The notes beneath the pieces were generated by a model. That model did not search any database and was not told the origin of the DNA. It saw only the letters and a program-made list of their open reading frames with translations. Shown here piece by piece: positions 37,900 to 48,861 of a DNA stretch of 64,000 nucleotides. Made by a program: the position numbers and the translations under genes. The DNA is from an uncultured beta proteobacterium (GTDB lineage Bacteria > Pseudomonadota > Gammaproteobacteria > Burkholderiales > Burkholderiaceae_C): assembly GCA_963814435.1 (NCBI GenBank), contig CAWFCV010000016.1:62689-126688 (forward strand), in the 5' to 3' direction. The stretch's first letter is position 1. Each line of letters begins with the position of its first letter.

Positions 37900-38436
37900 A
37901 TGGCCGAACTCGCCACCATCGCCCGGCCCTACGCCGAAGCCTTGTTCAAGTCGGTCGGCGGCAGCCGACGCGAACGCGCTTGCTCGCGCAGATGCAGGCG
38001 CTGGCCGCCGTGGCGGGCAATGCCGACATGCTGCGCTTTGCCGACAACCCGAAGGCCACCAGCGGAGCAGGTCGTCAGCGTGATCACCGGCGTGGCCAAG
38101 GCGACGCTCGATGCGAAGGTGACGAACCTGCTGCGCACGGTGGTCGACAACGGCCGCCTGGCCGCGCTGCCCGAGATCGCCGCGCAGTTCAACGCGCTGG
38201 TCAAGGCGCGCTCGGGCACCTCCGACGCGGTGGTGCACAGCGCCTTCCCGATCGATGCCGCGCAGCTGGCCGACCTGATGGTCACGCTCGAGAAGCGCTT
38301 CGGCCGCAAGCTCAACGCCAGCGTGGTGGTCGAGCCCGAGCTGATCGGCGGCGTGCGCGTGGTGGTCGGCGACGAGGTGCTCGACACCTCGGTGAAGGCC
38401 CGGCTGGACAAGATGAGACTGTCGCTCACGGCCTGA
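37900..38436 (+). CDS. atpH: F0F1 ATP synthase subunit delta. The ORF is open, but residues ~22-55 are read out of frame because of three nearby single-base insertions.
   Basis: [21 protein letters not shown] ... [23 protein letters not shown]...[11 protein letters not shown]. The internal stretch [33 protein letters not shown] is replaced in other frames by [33 protein letters not shown]. Confidence 0.85.
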   Translation: MAELATIARPYAEALFKSVGGSRRERACSRRCRRWPPWRAMPTCCALPTTRRPPAEQVVSVITGVAKATLDAKVTNLLRTVVDNGRLAALPEIAAQFNALVKARSGTSDAVVHSAFPIDAAQLADLMVTLEKRFGRKLNASVVVEPELIGGVRVVVGDEVLDTSVKARLDKMRLSLTA

Positions 38437-38518
38437 AGCCGCGAGCCGCACGACAAGGACCTCGAACCGAACAACCGAACCTCTGGCGGCCCCGAGTCGC
38501 CGGTCGTGGAGCAAAACG

Positions 38519-40072
<1,554 letters not shown>

Positions 40073-40251
40073 ACATGGCCCACCCCCGTAGCGCCTTCGG
40101 CGCCGGCCACACCCTCGCAGAGCTCGGGCAGTTCGCGAGGCGTTCGGGTCTGCGCAGGCAGACCCTTACGTCCGCGCTCAACCCCTCGAGGGGGCGCCGC
40201 CAGCGGCCCGGCGAAGCCGGTTCCGCGGCGTCCGCTTGACAGGAGTGCCTC

Positions 40252-41139
40252 ATGGCTGTTGGTAAAGAGATACGCGGCAAGATCAAGTCGGTGGAGAACA
40301 CCAAGAAGATCACCAAGGCGATGGAGATGGTCGCCGCCTCCAAGATGCGCAAGGCGCAGGAGCGCATGCGCGCGGCGCGGCCCTACAGCGAGAAGATCCG
40401 CAACATCACGGCCAACCTGTCGCAGGCCAACCCCGAGTACAAGTCGCCCTACATGCGCACGGTGGCGGCCGACAAGGCGACCAAGGTCACCGGCTACATC
40501 GTCGTCACCACCGACAAGGGTCTGTGCGGTGGCCTGAACACCAACGTGCTGCGCGCGCTGACCAACAAGCTGCGCGACGCGCAGACCGGCGGCGGCAGCG
40601 CGCTGACGGTGGCCATCGGCAACAAGGGCTTCGGCTTTCTGAACCGCATCGGCGCCAAGGTGCTGAGCCATGCCATCCAGCTCGGCGATGCGCCGCAGCT
40701 CGAGAAGCTGATCGGCCCGGTCAAGGTGATGCTCGACGCCTTCGTCGAAGGCAAGGTCGACGCGGTGTACCTGAGCTACACGCGATTCATCAACACGATG
40801 AAGCAGGAGCCGGTGATCGAGCAGCTGCTGCCGTTGTCGGCCGAGCGCCTGGAGCGCGATGCCGGCGACAAGTCCAAGTATGGTTGGGACTACATCTACG
40901 AGCCCGACGCCCCCGCGGTCATCGACGATCTGATGACGCGCTACATCGAGGCGCTGGTGTTCCAGGCGGTGGCCGAGAACATGGCCAGCGAGCAATCGGC
41001 GCGCATGGTGGCGATGAAGTCGGCCACCGACAACGCCGGCAACCTGATCAACGAACTGAAGCTCATCTACAACAAGACCCGTCAAGCCGCGATCACGAAG
41101 GAACTGTCCGAAATCGTTGGGGGCGCGGCCGCCGTGTAG
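40252..41139 (+). CDS. atpG: F0F1 ATP synthase subunit gamma
   Basis: 295 aa, [36 protein letters not shown]...[15 protein letters not shown]. Confidence 0.95.
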   Translation: MAVGKEIRGKIKSVENTKKITKAMEMVAASKMRKAQERMRAARPYSEKIRNITANLSQANPEYKSPYMRTVAADKATKVTGYIVVTTDKGLCGGLNTNVLRALTNKLRDAQTGGGSALTVAIGNKGFGFLNRIGAKVLSHAIQLGDAPQLEKLIGPVKVMLDAFVEGKVDAVYLSYTRFINTMKQEPVIEQLLPLSAERLERDAGDKSKYGWDYIYEPDAPAVIDDLMTRYIEALVFQAVAENMASEQSARMVAMKSATDNAGNLINELKLIYNKTRQAAITKELSEIVGGAAAV

Positions 41140-41194
41140 GCGGCCTCGACAGCAACGATTCGGTGAAGGCTAACCGCAGCGAAGCGAAGGTTAA

Positions 41195-42682
<1,488 letters not shown>

Positions 42683-42694
42683 GCGAGGCCCACG

Positions 42695-43111
42695 ATGGCA
42701 ACCATTCACGTCGATGTAGTCACCGCCGAAGAGAGCATCTTCTCCGGCGAGGCCAAGTTCGTCGCGCTGCCCGGCGAGATGGGCGAGCTCGGCATCTACC
42801 CGCGCCACACGCCGCTGATCACCCGCATCAAGCCCGGTGCGGTGCGCATCATGCGCGCCGACAACGGCGAGGAGGAGTTCGTCTTCGTCGCCGGCGGCAT
42901 TCTCGAGGTGCAGCCCGGCACGGTGACCGTGCTCGCCGACACCGCGATCCGTGGCCACGACCTCGACGAGGCCAAGGCCAATGACGCCAAGAAGCGCGCC
43001 GAAGAGGCGATGCGCAACGCCAAGAGCGACATCGACCTCGCCGCCGCGACCAGCGAGTTCGCGATGATGGCCGCGCAGCTCGCCGCGATCCAGAAGCTGC
43101 GCAAGAAGTAG
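42695..43111 (+). CDS. atpC: F0F1 ATP synthase subunit epsilon
   Basis: 138 aa, [43 protein letters not shown]. Confidence 0.95.
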   Translation: MATIHVDVVTAEESIFSGEAKFVALPGEMGELGIYPRHTPLITRIKPGAVRIMRADNGEEEFVFVAGGILEVQPGTVTVLADTAIRGHDLDEAKANDAKKRAEEAMRNAKSDIDLAAATSEFAMMAAQLAAIQKLRKK

Positions 43112-43200
43112 CCCACGCGCGGCCGTCTGCCGGCCACGCTTGCCAGATCCACCCGCGGCAAGGCATGCTGGGCGCATCGCGTTCAGCGCTGGGAGCGGGC

Positions 43201-44002
43201 ATGGCGGGCAAGAAGAACAAGTCGCGCAAGAAGGTCGATGCCGACGGCACCGGCGGCTACCGCCGCTCGCTCGAGGCGTTGCAGGTCGAACTCAATGCGA
43301 TGGCGCGTTGGCTGCGCCCACGGCGGCCGGCGCCTGGTGGTGGTGATCGAAGGCCGCGACACCGCCGGCAAGGGCGGCGTGATCAACGCCATCACCGAGA
43401 CGCTCAACCCGCGCCAGTGTCACGTGGTGGCGCTGCCCAAGCCCACCGAGCGCGAGCGCACGCAGTGGTACTTCCAGCGCTATGTCGAGCACCTGCCCGC
43501 GGCCGGCGAGATCACGCTGTTCGACCGCAGCTGGTACAACCGCGCCGGCGTCGAGCCCGTGATGGGCTTCTGCACCGAGTCGCAGACCGCGGCCTTCCTG
43601 AAGCAGGCGCCGGTGTTCGAGCAGATGCTGGTCGACGACGGCATCCTGCTGTTCAAGTACTGGCTCACGGTGGACCAGGCGCAGCAGGAAGAGCGCTTCG
43701 CCGAGCGCGCGGCCGACCCGCTGAAGCGCTGGAAGCTGTCGCCGATCGACTTCAAGGCGCGCGAGAAGTACGCCGAGTATGGCCGTGCGCGCGAGGCCAT
43801 GCTCAGCGCCACCCACACCCGGCATGCGCCGTGGACACTGGTGGACTTCAACGACCAGAAGCAGGGCCGACTGAAACTGATGCGCCACCTGCTGGACCAG
43901 CTGCCCGACACCCAGGTGCCGGAAGACAAGATCGTGTTTCCGCCGCTGCCGCGCAAGCCTCAGCGCGAACGCTTCACGATGGGGCTGAAGCCGATCGCCT
44001 GA
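43201..44002 (+). pseudogene. ppk2: Polyphosphate kinase 2 (PPK2), one +1 frame step near 43315
   Basis: MAGKKNKSRKKVD..YRRSLEALQVELNAMARWL (ORF 43165..) joins AHGRRLVVVIEGRDTAGKGGVINAI...YFQRY...FDRSWYNR (ORF 43238..44002). Confidence 0.85.
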
Positions 44003-44019
44003 GCCGCCTGTGTCGCGCC

Positions 44020-44528
44020 TCAGCGCAGGTGCGGCGTGTCGGGCAGCTCGTTGACGTTCGGCGTGCCCGGCGCGACCGCGAAATGCTCGCGCAGCAGCGC
44101 GTCGACCGTGTCGACGGCCTCCTGCAGCCCCTGCTCGTAGCGACCGGCACGAAACGCCCCGCGCATGCCGGCGACGATCTGGGTCCAACGCTCGGCCGGC
44201 ACATGCTGGCTCAGGCCGCGGTCGGCGACGATCTCGATCGCGTGCTCGGCCAGCAGCAGGTAGATCAGCACGCCGTTGTTGCGCCGCCGTGTCCCACACG
44301 CGCAGCTTGCCGAACATCGTGATCGCCCGGTCGCGCGCGCTCAGGCCGCGCCACAGGTACGACAGCGGCAGCCCGGCTTCGACGCAGACGCGGATCTCGC
44401 CGGAGTGCGCTGCGCTCGCTGGCCGCCACGCGCTCGCGCAGGCGCTCGACGGCCTGTGCATTGAGCGCACGCCGGGTGTCGGTCTCGTCGCGCCAGCGGT
44501 GCTTCAGGATGCGAAGGAATCGATTCAT
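44020..44528 (-). pseudogene. Small TPM-domain (TLP18.3/Psb32/MOLO-1 phosphatase-like) protein, two frame disruptions
   Basis: MNRFLRILKHRWRDETDTRRALNAQAVERLRERVAASER / HSGEIRVCVEAGLPLSYLWRGLSARDRAITMFGKLRVWDTA / VLIYLLLAEHAIEIVADRGL..., read across ORFs 44265..44528, 43292..44470 and 44020..44271. Confidence 0.7.
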
Positions 44529-44540
44529 CTCGCGCTCGCC

Positions 44541-45427
44541 CTACCAGTCGCCCGACGCGCCGCCGCCGCCGAAGTCGCCGCCGCCGCCGGATGAGAATCC
44601 GCCGCCGCCCGAGCCACCGCTCCAGCCGCTGCCGCCGCCACCCCAGATCACCGGCGGCCCGCCGTGCGGCCGCGCCGAGACCGCTGGCGCCGAAGCCCAT
44701 CACGCCGACCAGGAACAACGCTACCGCGCCGGCCAGCCCGGCGACCAGCAGGCTGGCGCTGAACCACCAGCCGGCCGCACCGGCCACGCCGCCGGTGACC
44801 AGCGAGCCGAGCTTGCGACCGAAGATGCCGGTCAGCACCGCGCCGATGATCGGCACGCCGACGAAGAAGAACATCGCCAGGTCCTGCCAGTCGAAGCCGC
44901 CACCGGATGTCGGCGCAGCGCCTTTGCGCTCGGGCGCGGGCAGGCCCTCGGGCTTGATGCGCGCGCCCAGGCGGTCGATCGCCGCGTTCAGGCCGCCGGC
45001 ATAGTCGTTGCGCTTGAACGCCGGGCTGATGGTCTCGGTGATGATCTGACGTGCCGCGAGGTCGGGAATCGCGCCCTCGAGCGCCTTGGCCACCTCGATG
45101 CGGATGCGCCGGTCGTTCTTGGCGACGACGATCAGCACGCCGTCGCCGACGTCGCGCCGGCCGATCTTCCACTGGTCGCCGACGCGCTGCGCGTACGCGG
45201 CGATGTCCTCGGGCTGCGTGGTCGGCACGATCAGCACGACGATCTGCGTGCCGAGGTCGCGCTCGACGTTGGCCAGGTGCTGCTCCATGCGCCTGGCGCT
45301 GCAGGCTGTCGAGCGTGTTCGTGCGATCGACCACGCGGCCTTCGAGCGCCGGCACCGGCAACACGTCCTGCGCGCGGACCGCCGCACTCAGGCAGGTGAG
45401 CAGGCTCAGCAGCGCCAGCCAAGCCAA
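44541..45427 (-). pseudogene. YgcG-like TPM-domain membrane protein with a Gly-rich C-terminus, at least two frame disruptions
   Basis: Signal MAWLALLSLLTCLSAAVRAQ..LEGRVVDRTNTLD (ORF 44648..45427), then IVVLIVPTTQPEDIAAYAQRVGDQWKIGRRDVGDGVLIVVAKNDRRIRIEV (ORF 44341..45387). TM segments follow, and a reconstructed tail ..VIWGGGGSGWSGGSGGGGFSSGGGGDFGGGGASGDW. Confidence 0.75.
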
Positions 45428-45502
45428 CGCGCAAGGACCTGTCGCGCAGGCCGCCGGGGCATGGTCATCCGCCGGTTCGTCGCGCGGCGCGCCCGGCGAG
45501 CG

Positions 45503-46138
45503 TCACTTCGACGCCGCGGCAGCCGGCCCTGGCGCGGCCTTGTCGAAGTTCACGGTCGGCGGCGTGCTGATCTGCGCTTCGTTCTGCACCGTGAAGCTGG
45601 GCTTCACCGAGTAGCTGAACAGCATCGCCGTCAGGTTGGTCGGGAAGCTGCGCGCCAGCACGTTGTACTCGGCCACCGCCTTGATGTAGCGGTTGCGCGC
45701 CACGGTGATGCGGTTCTCGGTGCCTTCGAGCTGCACGCGCAGATCCTGGAAGCCCTGGTTGGCCTTCAGGTTCGGGTAGTTCTCGGTCACGACCAGCAGC
45801 CGGCTCAGCGCGCTGGACAGTTCGCCCTGCGCGGCCTGGAACTTGTTGAACGCCTCGGGGTTGTTGATCAGCTCCGGCGTGGCCTGGATCGACGTGGCCT
45901 TGGCGCGCGCCTCGACCACCTTGGTCAGCGTCTCCTGCTCGAAGTTGGCCTCGCCCTTGACGGTGCTGACGATGTTGGGGATCAGGTCGGCACGCCGCTG
46001 GTACTGGTTGAGCACCTCCGACCAGCCGGCCTTGACCTGTTCGTCCAGACGCTGGAAGTCGTTGTAGCCGCAGCCGCTCAGTCCCACCGCGGCCAGCGCC
46101 GCCACGACCAGCCCGATCACTCGCGAACGCAAAGACAT
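45503..46138 (-). CDS. lemA: LemA-family protein
   Basis: Intact 211 aa. N-terminal anchor/lipobox LSGC, QYQRRADLIPNIV, ENYPNLKAN, ARNRYI. Confidence 0.9.
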   Translation of the reverse strand: MSLRSRVIGLVVAALAAVGLSGCGYNDFQRLDEQVKAGWSEVLNQYQRRADLIPNIVSTVKGEANFEQETLTKVVEARAKATSIQATPELINNPEAFNKFQAAQGELSSALSRLLVVTENYPNLKANQGFQDLRVQLEGTENRITVARNRYIKAVAEYNVLARSFPTNLTAMLFSYSVKPSFTVQNEAQISTPPTVNFDKAAPGPAAAASK

Positions 46139-46214
46139 GTGCTTCCTCCTGAGATTCTGCCGCCGGGTGCATGCTACCCGTGTGGCCCGTCAGGTGGGGC
46201 CGGACCGCCCGGGT

Positions 46215-47471
46215 TCAAGGCAGCCAGTCGTCGATCTGCGTCTCGGCGAGCGTGCGCTGGGCGCTGCTCATCGGCCGCATGCCGGCAAGAATCTGGCGCA
46301 CGCGGTCGCGGTCGATGCGGCGTTCCTCGGCCAGCAGGTGCAGTCCGGCATCCGGGTTGCCCAGCAGCGACACCAGCCAGGCCGACGACACCGGGCCGAG
46401 CTTGGAGGCCGGCTTGCCCAGGTACACCTGGGCCGCGCGTTCGGCCCCGCACACGCCCTCGCCCCACGGCGCGAGCGCCAGGTACAGCTGCACGATGCGC
46501 GCCTTGCCCAGCGTGCGCTCCATCTCCACCGCATAGAGCAGCTCACGCAGTTTGCGCGTGGCGCTGCGGTCGTCGCCGGTGAACGCCAGCTTCGCCAGCT
46601 GTTGCGTCAGCGTGCTGCCGCCGCGCCATTGGCCCGGCGACTGCTGGTTGTGGCGCGACGCCGCCAGCATTTCGGCGATGTCGTATCCGGGATGCTCGTA
46701 AAAGCGCGCGTCCTCGGCGGCCACCAGCGCACGCGGCAGCCAGCCGACGATGGCTTTTGCATCGTCGGCCGCCGCGGTGCGGCAGGCCGCGGGCAGCTGC
46801 GCATCGCGCAGCCGCTCGGTGCCCAGGCCCGCGACGTCCAGATCCTGGATCGCCGGCTGTGCGCTCCACAATCCGTCGGGCCAGCTCGCCTTGATGGTGC
46901 CCGCGACACTGCCGCGCACCTGAACATGGGCGGCCTCGGGCAGGTCGTTCGCGAACACGCCGACGAACTGCGCGGCCGGCGTCGGCGGCAGGCGCCACTC
47001 GATCTCGGCGCCGTGCGACGTCAGCTTGCCCTTCCAGTCGAGGGCGACCTCATGGGCGCCTTCGGCGAGCACCAGCTGGCCGGAAAACTGACCCGCGCCG
47101 ACCGGACGCAGCAGCCAGCGCGCGCGCGACCAGCGCAGCGGCGCCGGGCCCAGCGCCGACAGCTGCACCGTACAGGGTGCGCACACGGCCTCGAGGCGGT
47201 CGCCGAGGCGCTGGAACTGCCAGCGACCGAAGCGGCTGTGCACGACCCGGCCGTCGAGCAGCGCGAGCCCCAGCGGGTGGGTGGCGAAGCGAATCAGCAC
47301 CGGCAGACTGACGGCGCCGCGCCAGGGGCCGAAAGACAGTTCGGTCTGCCAATCGTCGGCGGCCGGTCGCAGCAGTCGCACGACGACGAGCAGCAACGCC
47401 GCCAACACCACCGCCGCAGCCACCAGTGCGGTGACCGATGTCCAGGCGGCGCGGCGCCACGACACCGTCAC
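46215..47471 (-). CDS. Membrane-anchored protein with an unassigned ~270-aa N-terminal domain fused to a GT51 peptidoglycan glycosyltransferase (transglycosylase) domain. Last gene of the exosortase cassette.
   Basis: GTG 47471 overlaps the upstream stop (GTGA) within ORF 46215..47756. TM VTALVAAAVVLAALLLVVV. GT51 motifs EDARFYEHPGYD, GGSTLTQQLAK, RKLRELLYAVEMERTLGK. No transpeptidase domain. Confidence 0.75.
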   Translation of the reverse strand: MTVSWRRAAWTSVTALVAAAVVLAALLLVVVRLLRPAADDWQTELSFGPWRGAVSLPVLIRFATHPLGLALLDGRVVHSRFGRWQFQRLGDRLEAVCAPCTVQLSALGPAPLRWSRARWLLRPVGAGQFSGQLVLAEGAHEVALDWKGKLTSHGAEIEWRLPPTPAAQFVGVFANDLPEAAHVQVRGSVAGTIKASWPDGLWSAQPAIQDLDVAGLGTERLRDAQLPAACRTAAADDAKAIVGWLPRALVAAEDARFYEHPGYDIAEMLAASRHNQQSPGQWRGGSTLTQQLAKLAFTGDDRSATRKLRELLYAVEMERTLGKARIVQLYLALAPWGEGVCGAERAAQVYLGKPASKLGPVSSAWLVSLLGNPDAGLHLLAEERRIDRDRVRQILAGMRPMSSAQRTLAETQIDDWLP

Positions 47472-48031
47472 AGTGCCTCCACGCGGGTGACGGCGCGCCA
47501 CGGGCCGGTGGAGCGTCCGAACGACGCGGCCCAGAACCAGGCCGAGGCATCGGTGAACGCCTGTTGTTCGGCGTCGACGATGCGCTCGCAGACGCGCACG
47601 CGCTGGCCATCGCGCACGGCGACGAAACAGCGCCACAAACGGGACTGCCGATCGGTTTCGAGCCGGGTCGACTCGATGCGGTAGCCCAGACCCCGGAAAC
47701 AGTCGACCGCCGGATGCAGGCTGCGCGTGGGGCGCTGCACGTCGCGCAGGATCCACACCGCATCGACCGATTCGAAGCGACCGATGCGCCCCGGGAAACG
47801 ATCGGCAAAGCGCTGCTCCACATCACTCAGCGCCAGCGGACGCAGCGTCGCGCCGTCCCAGATGCGGGGCCATTCGGTCGTGACCGCCGGGTCGGCGGTC
47901 GGTGCCGCGCCGCCGCGGCCCACCAGCGGCAACAACGCGCACGCGATCAGCGCCAGCGCCATGACCCGCGGCCATTGCTCGGCGCCAGCGCGGCGCACGC
48001 GAGCGATCAGGTCAACCCAACGTCGGCGCAT
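47468..48031 (-). CDS. EpsI-like exosortase-associated protein
   Basis: 187 aa, one N-terminal TM (VMALALIACALLPLV). LHPAVDCFRGLGY resembles the H-x-P-x-x-C-x-x-G-x-G-W core of the EpsI family. Overlaps the exosortase gene by 20 nt. Confidence 0.5.
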   Translation of the reverse strand: MRRRWVDLIARVRRAGAEQWPRVMALALIACALLPLVGRGGAAPTADPAVTTEWPRIWDGATLRPLALSDVEQRFADRFPGRIGRFESVDAVWILRDVQRPTRSLHPAVDCFRGLGYRIESTRLETDRQSRLWRCFVAVRDGQRVRVCERIVDAEQQAFTDASAWFWAASFGRSTGPWRAVTRVEAL

Positions 48032-48857
48032 GGCGCTGGCTCCTCGATGAGCGCATCAGCTCAAAGACCGCGACACACACCGCGGCCAGGCAGACGAGCC
48101 CGATGGCCTGGTGCGCGACGCTCGACAAACCTTCCGGCCGGGCCTCGAGCGCCACCAGCACGCTGTTGCGCAGCACGTTGACTGCGAGCACCGCGGCGCC
48201 CACCAGCGGCAACCGGCGCACGAAGCGTCCGTCGGCCAGTCCGGTCCAGGCGGCGCTGGCACAGGCCGCGAAGTAGCCGAACCAGGCCATCTGCACGCCC
48301 GAGCAGGGCGCATCGACGATCACCAGGCGGCCGTTGACGAGCATCGATGCGCCGCTGCGTGCCGCCTCCAGTCCCGCGACCTGCAGGCCCCAGCTGCTCA
48401 GCTCGGCGGTGAACACGCGCAGCGGCCAGCCGACATAGAACTGCAGCGATGCGATCAGCGGCAACGCCAGCAGCAGCAGGCCCGCCAGCGGCGCGAGCGG
48501 CCGCCCGGCCGGCCACCAGGCCGCGAGCGCGGCCGACAGCGCGCCGGCGGCCAGCATGCCCGCCAGCAAGGCCGGTGCGGCCAGCACCCAGGCCACGTTG
48601 GCGCCCAGTCCGAGCAGGATCGACGCACTCAGCCAGCCCAGGCGCGGCGACAGCCGCAGCTGGCGTGCCTGTCGCGCCACCAGCAGGCCTGCGGCGGCCA
48701 GCGCGAACAGGCCCAGTGGATCGTCCGACCCATCCAGCGCGCGCTCGATCAGGTAGGCGCCATGCGGCCACAGGGCCAGCGTCTGCAGCGCGAGCCAGTC
48801 GATTGACGACAGCCGCACCGGCGTGCAGGGCAGAGTTCGAGCCAGGCTCATGCTCAC
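48012..48857 (-). CDS. Exosortase (exosortase/archaeosortase family transpeptidase), minimal ~280-aa form, subtype not assigned
   Basis: 281 aa, polytopic. Catalytic-type motifs VDAPCSGVQ (Cys), NVLRNSVLV (Arg) and a distal His (VAHQAIG), in the order expected for exosortases. Starts 4 nt after the cargo gene stop. Confidence 0.8.
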   Translation of the reverse strand: MSMSLARTLPCTPVRLSSIDWLALQTLALWPHGAYLIERALDGSDDPLGLFALAAAGLLVARQARQLRLSPRLGWLSASILLGLGANVAWVLAAPALLAGMLAAGALSAALAAWWPAGRPLAPLAGLLLLALPLIASLQFYVGWPLRVFTAELSSWGLQVAGLEAARSGASMLVNGRLVIVDAPCSGVQMAWFGYFAACASAAWTGLADGRFVRRLPLVGAAVLAVNVLRNSVLVALEARPEGLSSVAHQAIGLVCLAAVCVAVFELMRSSRSQRHAPTLG

Positions 48858-48861
48858 GCCC

